A stretch of 31,982 bases of DNA from Promethearchaeota archaeon Loki_b31 (GCA_005222975.1 NJBI01000039.1:1-31982); one strand, 5' to 3'. Positions 9,270-18,183 are shown, numbered from the stretch's first letter. The notes: generated by a model from the letters alone, not told the origin. Numbers and translations: made by a program.

Positions 9270-9502
9270 ATTTCCACCAATCTACTTGTTCCATTTAAAT
9301 TATATTGTTTTTTTTTACACTTTTATTACTTCGTGTAATGATAGAAGTTATCTATCAAATTTTAATTTTATTAAAACAAAGGAACTAAAAACACAAAATT
9401 TAAAAGGTTGGAATATGAACTCCAAGGAAAACTATATCATCTCAAAATCTCATATTTTATCGGATCAAATGAGTAGTAAATTCTTACTTTCGTGAATTAT
9501 AA

Positions 9503-10177
9503 TTAATGATAATTATTGGGGTTGAACGATCTTATTATATCTTCTTCGTCGAATTCACCACTCCATTTTTCTTCTATTAAAACAAATTGTTCAGGATTGT
9601 TATTTGGATTTATAACGGAGTGGTAAGTCATTTTTGCGTTTAAAAACTCTATTCCATTTTCGACAAAATAATGTACTTTATTCCCGTTAATTATTATTGG
9701 TTTGCCTTTCAATACTTTCCATGTTTCACTTCTAAATTTATGAGTTTGGATGGAGATTCCTATCTTCGGTTTAATAAATATTAAATTATAATCAGGGTAT
9801 GTGAATTTAATACTGTACCACTTAGCTAAAGTGTCGATGTATCCATCTGGAACGTTATATTTCTTGCTAAATCGAATTGGGTTAAGAGTTTCTTTTTTAG
9901 ACGATTCGTACATATAAGGTTCATAAATTACTATATGACTAGAAATATCGATACTATATTTTACATTAATTTCCTCATTTCCTTTATTAATTACCATGTA
10001 ATAATTGTTTGGTTTGACAACTAGATTAAACATGCTTAAATTTTGAGTAAAAAAAGTAGTTCCATTTATAAGAAATATTTTTTTTAATGCATTTGAATCT
10101 ATCAGAATTGTTAGTTCTTCTTGCCCATTTTTTCTAAGATTTGTGCCTTTCTCAGGTTGAATTATCTCTTCTAACAT
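9503..10177 (-). CDS. cupin protein, mannose-6-phosphate isomerase type II C-terminal-like
   Basis: ISIQTHKFRSETWKVLKG...YHSVINP...IEE...FDEEDIIR resembles SLQxHxxRSEHW...H...EDDIxR. Confidence 0.7.
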   Translation of the reverse strand: MLEEIIQPEKGTNLRKNGQEELTILIDSNALKKIFLINGTTFFTQNLSMFNLVVKPNNYYMVINKGNEEINVKYSIDISSHIVIYEPYMYESSKKETLNPIRFSKKYNVPDGYIDTLAKWYSIKFTYPDYNLIFIKPKIGISIQTHKFRSETWKVLKGKPIIINGNKVHYFVENGIEFLNAKMTYHSVINPNNNPEQFVLIEEKWSGEFDEEDIIRSFNPNNYH

Positions 10178-10197
10178 CTTTTTAACACCTATATCGT

Positions 10198-11169
10198 CTA
10201 TATCACGTAAATATCTTTATATTTTTTGAAGCGTGCTTCAATTTCATCAATAAATGGCATTGATTCTTGCGCTCCTTTCCTCGTTACTGCTATTGAGGCA
10301 GCCACTGTTGCGTACTTTACCGAAGTGATTAAATCTTCCCCTTGATTTAACTTGCTTGCTAAAACTCCGTTGAAGCAATCTCCAGCGCCTACAGTATCAA
10401 CGGGTTTAACCTTAAAAGCGGGTATCTCAGTAATTTTATCTTCTGCAGCGTTATATATCATACATCCTCTACTGCCTAATGTAGTTACGATTGTTTTAAC
10501 TCCTAATTTTGAAATATCTTTTGAAGCTTGAATAATTTTACCTTTAGATTCGCCAACTAACTCTTTAAGATTTAAAAGCGAATGTAAACGTAGTAGTTCT
10601 CCCTCGTTGGGGATTATTACATCAATATTTCTCAAAATTGATAAACTAATTGGTTTTAACGGCGCAGGATTAAGAATTTTTACAGCCTTCCCTTGAACTG
10701 CTATTTTAAAAATTTCTTCAATTGAATCAATGGGAATTTCCATCTGAACGATCAAAGCGTTAGCTTTTTTTATGACTTCGGAATTTATTCGAACGTCTTC
10801 TGGCGTTAAATTGAAATTTGCCCCGGGCGCTACACTAATCATGTTCTCTCCGTTTTCGTCTATCATTATAAAAGCGATTCCACTCGATTCGTAAGGATCC
10901 CTTATAATATGTTCTATGTCCACGTCTTCGTTGTTTAATTGAGAAATCATTTGGTCTCCGTACGAGTCTATGCCGACCTTACCAATAAAAATAGTATTAG
11001 ACCCAGATCTCACAGAAGCTACCGCTTGATTCGCGCCTTTTCCTCCCAGGAATTGCTTAAATGTACCCCCAGTTACAGTTTCACCTGGTTCCGGTAACCT
11101 TTGCGAGTATATGTTTAAATCCATATTACTCGAACCAATAATTAGAACATATTGGTTGTTATTTGACAT
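10198..11169 (-). CDS. rbsK: ribokinase (PfkB family)
   Basis: GSSNMDL, PEPGETV, GGKGANQA, LNPAP, PNEGE, DTVGAGDCFNG. Confidence 0.93.
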   Translation of the reverse strand: MSNNNQYVLIIGSSNMDLNIYSQRLPEPGETVTGGTFKQFLGGKGANQAVASVRSGSNTIFIGKVGIDSYGDQMISQLNNEDVDIEHIIRDPYESSGIAFIMIDENGENMISVAPGANFNLTPEDVRINSEVIKKANALIVQMEIPIDSIEEIFKIAVQGKAVKILNPAPLKPISLSILRNIDVIIPNEGELLRLHSLLNLKELVGESKGKIIQASKDISKLGVKTIVTTLGSRGCMIYNAAEDKITEIPAFKVKPVDTVGAGDCFNGVLASKLNQGEDLITSVKYATVAASIAVTRKGAQESMPFIDEIEARFKKYKDIYVI

Positions 11170-11364
11170 AATTTTACCACTTTAAAATCGCGATTTTTCG
11201 AACTCTCTTCGCTTTATATTATCAATTTATGAAACATCACAATTAAAACCAAATGATTCTTAACGAATGGTTTTAATTTAATATAATTTTAAAAATAATA
11301 TTAAGCAACTTAAACATGCTTGAAAAAATATACTAAAAACTTAAAATAAACAAAGGTATTGATA

Positions 11365-11716
11365 ATGGCAAAAGATAAGATAATTGGCGCAATCGTCATG
11401 CTCCTTGGTATCCTTATCGCGGTAGTTTATACCATGGGAAGCGTCGTTGATTTATGGTTTGACACTCTTGGTAAGAACCCAGATTGGGACGCTGCCTTCC
11501 GATTCATAGGGGGTGTCGATTGGCTCGATTGGAGATTATTCACTGTTCTACCTCTCTGGATTATGGTATTATTAATAGCGATTATTGCTATATGGATCGG
11601 GTACAGCATGCTTACAGTATTCGAGCACTTCGCTGGATTCAAGTTAAACGCCGGCACCCGTTCCATTGGAAGAATTAGAGGAAGAATTAGCTGCTGAAGA
11701 AGAATCTGGAGAGTAG
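11365..11716 (+). CDS. small two-TM membrane protein, DPM2-like; spliced CDS join(11365..11615,11647..11716), 106 aa
   Basis: Removing the 31-nt insert gives ...WIGYSMLT-TPAPVPLEELEEELAAEEESGE*, matching the WIGY-x2-TTP-x-P-x-P-x-EE ending I recall for this archaeal family; the unspliced ORF stops at 11697. Confidence 0.85.
11616..11646 (+). other. 31-nt bulge-helix-bulge (BHB) mRNA intron
   Basis: Central helix GCUU(11610-13)/AAGU(11641-44); 3-nt bulges ACA(11614-16) and UAA(11645-47); intron stem-loop and exon-exon stem both present; canonical cuts restore the frame. Confidence 0.85.
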
Positions 11717-11732
11717 AAAGAACATAATTAAC

Positions 11733-11754
11733 CTTTTTTATTTTTTTTTTATTT
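11733..11754 (+). terminator. oligo-T terminator
   Basis: Long T tract just after the spliced-frame stop at 11716. Confidence 0.55.
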
Positions 11755-11772
11755 AAAATTATATATTTATAC

Positions 11773-12513
11773 CTAAAATTCTAATTTCATTGCATTCAGG
11801 TTTAGGTTATTTAAATCAATTTGAATTAAAGAGTAATTAGGAATTTCTTTCGCATTATCAGTTAAGGGAGTAGTGCTTACAAGGATTTCTTTTTGTTTTT
11901 TACTTAAAAATAAGGTGTGGTGCCTGCCGTTAAAATTAGTTTTATGATTAATGATGACATTGCAGGTGTGCGAATTAAATAGAAATGCGTTCGCGCCAGC
12001 ACCTATCTCAATCTCTTTAAAAAGGGATTCTAAGGTATTCTTTAAACTTTTACCTTCTTGTAGTTCGTCAATAATAGCACACAGATATTTTCGAGTGTCC
12101 AAGTTAGTATTACTATAAATTCTTTCCAATTTTGGGTTTTTTAATTTTTTATCTGGAAAGCCTTTTATAATTCCATTATGAGTTATGATATATTTCTCAC
12201 CAATATCGATAGGATGTACATCTCTAAAGTTCTTTTTCCAAGGGAGAGTTTTTCTCGCGTGGACTAAAAGGAAACGAGTTTTAATCTTAGTGAGGTTTTT
12301 CCAGTCCGCGTGGTAAATTTGAGTTATATCTCGCTTTACTACGAGTTTGTTGTCATCTTCAGAGATATAAGCGAAGCCCCAACCCAATCCATGGTGCCCA
12401 AAAAGGTTATACTTCCTTAAATAATGCCAATGGCACGAGGTTACAAATTTCTTTAAAATTTTAAAATCAATTTGAAAGGGTTCAAGCGAACACTGAAAAA
12501 ACATACGACACAT
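11773..12513 (-). CDS. class II glutamine amidotransferase-like Ntn hydrolase (YafJ/EgtC-like)
   Basis: N-terminal MCRM (Cys nucleophile), HGLGWG, HARK, HP, THNG. Confidence 0.8.
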   Translation of the reverse strand: MCRMFFQCSLEPFQIDFKILKKFVTSCHWHYLRKYNLFGHHGLGWGFAYISEDDNKLVVKRDITQIYHADWKNLTKIKTRFLLVHARKTLPWKKNFRDVHPIDIGEKYIITHNGIIKGFPDKKLKNPKLERIYSNTNLDTRKYLCAIIDELQEGKSLKNTLESLFKEIEIGAGANAFLFNSHTCNVIINHKTNFNGRHHTLFLSKKQKEILVSTTPLTDNAKEIPNYSLIQIDLNNLNLNAMKLEF

Positions 12514-12551
12514 AGTTATTCGTTTAAAAAAATTTTATTCAAATATCAAAG

Positions 12552-13673
12552 TTAAGACTCCGCTAAAAAGTAAGCGAATATTGAACCGTTATCGTGACAG
12601 GTAATTAAGATATTTGATTTCAAATCGTATTTTAGGTCGTTTAAACACGATTTTTTTTGAATGTTAGTAATAATTTTGCCAGAAACTTCGTCAATGATCA
12701 ACAATTTCCCCTTAGTTGTTCCTAAAACAATATAACTATTCGATCCTATTTTAGTTTGAATCAAGCATTCCGTATTTATATGCGCTATGTCCCATTTCTT
12801 TTCTAATTTTTGATTCAAACACATAAGTTTTGAGCTGAATTCGATATCTTCGATATTAAAAGACTCGTCAAAATATTCAAACGAATAGGTACTTACTAAT
12901 AAATAATTTTCGTCATTATGAAGAAACGAAAAACATTTCCAGACATAATCATCGAATTGAATTGATTTAATTTCTTCTTGAGTAAGTTTATCAATTAAGT
13001 GAAGTTTTTTATCGTCTCCTCCACAAACAAACAATTCTCTATTTTTTAATTTGAAAATCGAAACGCAACGAATTTTATCTTTAAATCGTTTAAACCAAAC
13101 TAAATCTCCATCTTTTCCCTTAAAAACTCTGAGTGATCCATCGTTTCCACATGCAATTACTTCCTTTGTTCTAAAGTCAGCAGGATCTCGATAAATTATA
13201 GCGTCACCTATTCCATCTTCAAAAATTTGTCCCCATATTAAAGAACCATTAATAGGGTTTAAAACTCTTAAGCTTTTATCTATCGAATACGCGATAATTT
13301 CGTCTATGTTATCGTTGTTTATGTCCTCAAACAAGAACCCGCTAATAGATGCACCAAATTGATGTGCCCAAAAAGGCTTCAAATCGTAGGAGGGACTACA
13401 TTTAAACGCTCTTAATAAACCATCTAAACCCCCCAAGATAACTTCGCTTTTATTGTCACGATCAATATCACATATTTTTGCTTGCCAAATAGAGGATTTC
13501 TCTGAGATTTCTAATTCGGTTATTTTTTTACCACTTAGTGAAATAATAAGAAGTCTCCCAGATTTAGAGAATGCTATAATTTCATTTTGGCTGTTATTAT
13601 TGACATCTCCTATTTCAATCCCAAGAATCGGTTCACTGGAATGGAAAGCCCATTGTTCTTTAATATTAACCAT
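12552..13673 (-). CDS. FG-GAP/WD40-like beta-propeller protein
   Basis: Repeated D-x-N/D-x-D/N-x3-E-I/V-I...D-G/K-x-L-R-x-F blades with a period of about 42-45 aa. Confidence 0.8.
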   Translation of the reverse strand: MVNIKEQWAFHSSEPILGIEIGDVNNNSQNEIIAFSKSGRLLIISLSGKKITELEISEKSSIWQAKICDIDRDNKSEVILGGLDGLLRAFKCSPSYDLKPFWAHQFGASISGFLFEDINNDNIDEIIAYSIDKSLRVLNPINGSLIWGQIFEDGIGDAIIYRDPADFRTKEVIACGNDGSLRVFKGKDGDLVWFKRFKDKIRCVSIFKLKNRELFVCGGDDKKLHLIDKLTQEEIKSIQFDDYVWKCFSFLHNDENYLLVSTYSFEYFDESFNIEDIEFSSKLMCLNQKLEKKWDIAHINTECLIQTKIGSNSYIVLGTTKGKLLIIDEVSGKIITNIQKKSCLNDLKYDLKSNILITCHDNGSIFAYFLAES

Positions 13674-13814
13674 TCTTACATCTACTTTACTTACACTAGT
13701 TTATTAGGAGTTAATTATTTGAAACAGAAATTATTTTTAATAAAATATAATTATAAATAGATTTAAAATAAATTAAGAATAAATTTAAAATAAAATTTTG
13801 TTGAGTGAAAAGAA

Positions 13815-14247
13815 ATGTCAGAAGAAAGAAATATAGATCCTTTTTCGTTATTGATTTTAGTTCTTAGTATCATCGCAATAATTACGGAAATAATAGGTCC
13901 CTTCGCAGGTTTCTTCTTAACTGGTTATAGCAATAGATTTTCGTGTTTGGATTGTGAATATAGTACATCTGTTGATTTAATTTCAATACTTAATTCTAAT
14001 ATTATTCGCGATTCAAATAATCATTGCTTTAAACGAATTGCTACCAAATAAATTCATTCCTAAAGATATTACCAAATACGGTATGCATTTAGCAATATTA
14101 ACGTGGATCTTTGCTATTATTGGACTTGCCTCTTTTGGAATAACTTATAGCGCTTATGAATGGTGGCCCGAATTAGGTTTTTATGGTACCGTAGTCGGTG
14201 GTGTTCTTAATACAATCCTATTCTTTCTACAACAAAAAAATAAATAA
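13815..14247 (+). pseudogene. membrane protein gene split by a frameshift near 13989
   Basis: Frame 1 reads ...VDLISI; the +1 frame continues LILILFAIQIIIALNELLPNKF... to 14247, giving one 4-TM protein. Confidence 0.7.
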
Positions 14248-14385
14248 TTCTTTTTTTTTATATTTCAAAATAAGAAAGAAATTTAAATTTTTTACGCAAT
14301 TCTCAATATCAAAGATAATTAATTTATCTATAGTCAGAAAAAAAAACTTCGAAAAGAAACAAAAACAACTAAAAGGTATTAAATT

Positions 14386-14583
14386 ATGGGATTCGGAATC
14401 AAAATTGATATGGATGCTTGCACCGGATGTGGAACATGCTATGAAGTCTGCCCAAGCGAGAACTTTGGCGAACCTGAGGGTGGAAAAGTAAATATAATCG
14501 AAGACAATAGAGACGATTGCGTTGGTTGCAGAGCATGTGAAACACAATGCCCTGAAGAATGCATCGAAATAACTGAGGATTAA
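14386..14583 (+). CDS. 2x[4Fe-4S] ferredoxin
   Basis: CTGCGTCYEVCP and CVGCRACETQCP; acidic composition. Confidence 0.95.
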   Translation: MGFGIKIDMDACTGCGTCYEVCPSENFGEPEGGKVNIIEDNRDDCVGCRACETQCPEECIEITED

Positions 14584-14605
14584 AATTCAATAAATTCTTC
14601 ATAGA

Positions 14606-14652
14606 TTTTTTTAGAAAACTCTTTTTTTTTATTTTTATATTAAATTTTTTTT
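14606..14652 (+). terminator. oligo-T terminator tracts after the ferredoxin gene
   Basis: Several T7-T10 runs. Confidence 0.5.
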
Positions 14653-14869
14653 AATTATTTTAACATTTTTTAATGGTATCCAACCACTTTTATCAGTTTT
14701 ATCTGTAATGTAACCCAAATCCACCCGAAGTTAACTATTTAATATTTCAGATCGTGAAACACCCCTTTCACGAAAATTTGTATATATTACCGAAATATTC
14801 CAAGATATATCGGTGTAATACAATCCTAACGGATTAAAATTTCTATGGAGATTTATTTTAATTCACAAT

Positions 14870-15979
14870 TTACCAAAGCAATATTTTGCCGCAATTTTTA
14901 CAAGTTCCTTCATTAATCTGCATATTAAGACAGTTTTCGTGATAATTTGTACCACATGCCTGGCACATGTATATTTTACCGGTGTAATCACCAAAATCGT
15001 AGCCGCAATAACTGCATTTATTTGCAAAAGAAAAATTACTACTATTTACATCCACTTCAACTATTTGCGAAGTCCCTGTTAACCCCGCATTTGCACTAGA
15101 AGGGGTTAAAAACGAACTATCTTGAGAGGGTGTAACCATTTGTTGTTGAGAATAAGGTTGAGGTTGTTCCCAGTCTGAAACGTAACCCTGAGCAGGTTTT
15201 TTAGATAGTCCCATCTTTAAAGAAACTTTCTCGTCTAAAATATTTGTTAATATTAAAGCTGACGCGTATTTACCTTTTGCCCCGCCTTTTTGTAGATGAG
15301 TATGAGAAATTAAATGTATAACACGACCTCCAGTTTTACCATGATCAAAATAACATAAAACGGGAGCTTCACCCCACTTTTGCTGAATTCGCGAAGAAGC
15401 GATTAAAACTCGTACGGAGGGATTAAGAACTTGAATTGGAAAAGATCTATTTTCAAGCCACCACTTAAATTCGGTTTTTTTAGTGTTTTTTGACGACTTT
15501 TTTTGCCATTTTGCTTGTTGTATTTCACTTATTACTCCATCTAAGAAAGGGTGATTTGGTTCAAGAATTTGACACGCAACAACAGCGTCGGCAGTTCTTT
15601 CTCTGTTCCACCGGATATAACCCGGAAATATTGTTTCCACAATATGTTTTATGGCCCAGTCTGTTGTTATTATCCACCCTCCTTTTAGCGAAACATATTC
15701 ACTAATTTTAGAGAAAGCAGAATGTGGGATTTTATCTCCAGGACATCCTATCAACACGACATCGTAATCACTTAAATTATGCTTCATGATGTCAGTAGGT
15801 TTAATAGTTATATGTTTTGCCGCATACATATGATCTATTACTTTTTTAGGTTTTTCATAGCGACCTTCAACCGCGAGTATTCTGCCGTGCTTCTCGACTG
15901 CTTTTACAACATCTTTTTTATCAAGCGCTTCCATTTTACGCCGTTTAACTTCAGAATAGAGATCCTTCCAACTACTCAT
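14870..15979 (-). CDS. class I GATase-like domain fused to a C-terminal C4HC3 PHD/RING-variant finger
   Basis: YDVVLIGCPG...GGWIITTDWA...HPFLDG; C-terminal Cx2Cx13Cx2Cx4Hx2Cx9Cx2C. Confidence 0.7.
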   Translation of the reverse strand: MSSWKDLYSEVKRRKMEALDKKDVVKAVEKHGRILAVEGRYEKPKKVIDHMYAAKHITIKPTDIMKHNLSDYDVVLIGCPGDKIPHSAFSKISEYVSLKGGWIITTDWAIKHIVETIFPGYIRWNRERTADAVVACQILEPNHPFLDGVISEIQQAKWQKKSSKNTKKTEFKWWLENRSFPIQVLNPSVRVLIASSRIQQKWGEAPVLCYFDHGKTGGRVIHLISHTHLQKGGAKGKYASALILTNILDEKVSLKMGLSKKPAQGYVSDWEQPQPYSQQQMVTPSQDSSFLTPSSANAGLTGTSQIVEVDVNSSNFSFANKCSYCGYDFGDYTGKIYMCQACGTNYHENCLNMQINEGTCKNCGKILLW

Positions 15980-16078
15980 TAAATTACCTCTTTTATTAAT
16001 ATTATAAGGAATTAAATATTATTTTTATTAAGTAATAAAAAATAATTCATATTTATATTTTCATTGGAAGCGAGAATT

Positions 16079-17584
16079 ATGGAAAATTTAAAAAACCTTG
16101 GCGAGCCTTTAGAGTTTTGGCATTATTTTTATCAAATCACAAAAATTCCTCGATGTTCAGCTCATGAAGATCAGATGAGAGAATACATTAAAAAAGAAGC
16201 TGAGAAATTAGGTTTTCAAACTGAGGTTGACCAAGTAAAAAATATAGTTGTGCGAATTCCGTCCAAAATAGGGTCTAATTCTGGGAGATTAGGAGTAGTT
16301 TTGCAGAGTCACATGGATATGGTGTGTGAAAAAAATGAAGATGTTATTCACGATTTCTCTAAAGATCCATTAAAATTAAAAATCGTTGAAATTGAAGGTG
16401 AAAGATGGCTTACTGCGGAAGGAACAACATTGGGAGCAGATAATGGCGTGGGGATCGCGTATCAGCTTGCTATTATGAAGAAAATCCACGATGGGAGTTT
16501 AAATTTTGATTCAATTGATTTGGACTTATTATTTACTGTAGATGAAGAGAGAGGCCTTACAGGCGCGAGTCAAATAAGTAAAGACCTGATTAAAGGAAAA
16601 TATCTATTAAACCTTGATTCGGAAGAAGATGACCGTTTCACAATTGGTTGTGCGGGAGGTAGAACATTTACTGTAAAGATAAAAAGAGAAAAAACAAAGT
16701 CAAAGAGTATTGATGCTAATTTAACACCAATTAAAATTTCCGTGACTGGTTTAGTTGGGGGGCATTCAGGCGGAGATATTCATAAAGGTCGAGGTAATGC
16801 GCTAAAAATAGTTGCCCAAATTTTATGGAAATTGAATAAAAAATATAAAGTTTATCTCAATTCTTTAAAAGGGGGTAATCTATCGAATGCTATTCCAAGA
16901 GAATGTCGTGCTATTATTTTCATAAATAAAAATGAGTTTTCAGAAATTGATTCTTATATAAAAAAGTTGAAATTAAATATTCAAAAATTGTATAATGAAA
17001 TCGAGCCAAATTTTAAGTTTTCTTTCGAAGAATTAGACGCATTTACAGACGATCTCGTATTGATTAAAGAAATTCAAGATAAATTGTTAAATTTGTTATA
17101 TTTGATGCCTAACGGACCTATTTCTCTACATCCGACGAGTAAAGGGTTAGTTCATACGTCTTCTAATTTAGCATCGATAAAAACACATGAAAATTTTATT
17201 GAATTTCAAATAAGTCAAAGGAGTTTGGTCCAGTATTCCAAAGATGTTATCCATGAAAAATTTACAACTTTATTGAAGATGTCTGGCTTAGAATTCAATA
17301 AAAATATTGATACTGAATATCCTAGTTGGCCACCGGATTTTGAATCAAAAATTACGAGCATATCTAAATCGGTGTATAAAGAACTATTTGACGAAGAAGT
17401 TATAATTCAAGCAATACACGCGGGATTAGAATGCTCCTATTTCAGCCACCATTTTCCAGAGATGGAAATGATATCTTTTGGTCCTGATGTTTTGGGAGGC
17501 CATTCTCCTGACGAAAGGCTAAAGATAAGAAGCGTAGAGAAAGTCTGGAAATTTTTAGTAACTTTACTTAAAAATTTAGATTAA
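16079..17584 (+). CDS. pepD: aminoacyl-histidine dipeptidase (M20C)
   Basis: LQSHMDMVCEK, GTTLGADNG, DEERG, NLDSE, GGHSG, HAGLEC, HSPDE; ATG at 16079 preferred over TTG at 16064. Confidence 0.93.
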   Translation: MENLKNLGEPLEFWHYFYQITKIPRCSAHEDQMREYIKKEAEKLGFQTEVDQVKNIVVRIPSKIGSNSGRLGVVLQSHMDMVCEKNEDVIHDFSKDPLKLKIVEIEGERWLTAEGTTLGADNGVGIAYQLAIMKKIHDGSLNFDSIDLDLLFTVDEERGLTGASQISKDLIKGKYLLNLDSEEDDRFTIGCAGGRTFTVKIKREKTKSKSIDANLTPIKISVTGLVGGHSGGDIHKGRGNALKIVAQILWKLNKKYKVYLNSLKGGNLSNAIPRECRAIIFINKNEFSEIDSYIKKLKLNIQKLYNEIEPNFKFSFEELDAFTDDLVLIKEIQDKLLNLLYLMPNGPISLHPTSKGLVHTSSNLASIKTHENFIEFQISQRSLVQYSKDVIHEKFTTLLKMSGLEFNKNIDTEYPSWPPDFESKITSISKSVYKELFDEEVIIQAIHAGLECSYFSHHFPEMEMISFGPDVLGGHSPDERLKIRSVEKVWKFLVTLLKNLD

Positions 17585-17670
17585 ATAACTTGAATAATTA
17601 TTTCTTTTTTAAAAAAATTTTAATTCAAAAGAAATTTATAAAACAAAGAAAATAAAATTCTAAGATTATT

Positions 17671-18183
17671 ATGCGAAAGGAAAGAAGCACGAAAACAAAG
17701 CTTGTTAAAGAAGAAGTAATTGGTTCAGAGACTGTTTTTGAAAAAATCAAAGATAAAACTCCTTGGGTCTTTGGTAAAACACTAAGAAAACCTAAATTAT
17801 TGTTTCCTGATATAAAAAGGCCTAGAATGGATATGCCTCTTCCAGGAAAATCAATAGCTGCGATAGTGGTTTATATTGCTTTGTTCCTTTTACAAACTGG
17901 AATTGTATATTTAATAATTAGAAACCCACCAGCAATGGGATCTGATCCAAGATCGGGGGCACCTATGTTTCTTTATCCTGACATTAATGAATCGTTTATA
18001 ATTGAAGGAATTGTCGCTTCAATTTTTATTTTTTTGTGTTCTTTAGGCTTTATTTTTTTATACCAAGCATCTCAATATGTTTATAACAAGAATATTGCAA
18101 TAAGGTATTTAATTGTAGGGATTCTTTTAATTTTAATTGCTTTTGCTACGTTACAAGCAATGATTGATCAAAAATTATCGTGA
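17671..18183 (+). CDS. oligosaccharyltransferase subunit, OSTC/DC2-like (OST3/OST6 family)
   Basis: FLLQTGIVYLIIRNPPAMGS...FIIEGIVASIFIFLCSLGFIFL resembles eukaryotic DC2 (GIIYDVIVEPPSVGS...YIMEGLASSFLF...LGFIIL); three TM segments. Confidence 0.8.
   Translation: MRKERSTKTKLVKEEVIGSETVFEKIKDKTPWVFGKTLRKPKLLFPDIKRPRMDMPLPGKSIAAIVVYIALFLLQTGIVYLIIRNPPAMGSDPRSGAPMFLYPDINESFIIEGIVASIFIFLCSLGFIFLYQASQYVYNKNIAIRYLIVGILLILIAFATLQAMIDQKLS

Noticed and set aside
5089-9495. Plus-strand ORFs opposite the ribosomal protein genes
   Set aside because: Antisense shadows of well-identified genes; the same applies to 527-877, 3711-4148, 13453-13707, 18455-18670, 29197-29763 and similar
11617-11643. Spliceosomal-like GT...AG reading of the insert (GTATTC...AAG)
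   Set aside because: Removing these 27 nt does not restore the TPAP frame; the BHB cut sites do so exactly
11359-11697. 112-aa ORF as given in the track, and overlapping ORFs 11427-11666 and 11484-11678
   Set aside because: The first is the unspliced reading; the others are shadow frames
14198-14602. ORFs 14198-14491, 14227-14547 and 14399-14602
   Set aside because: They overlap the clear ferredoxin gene and its AT-rich promoter
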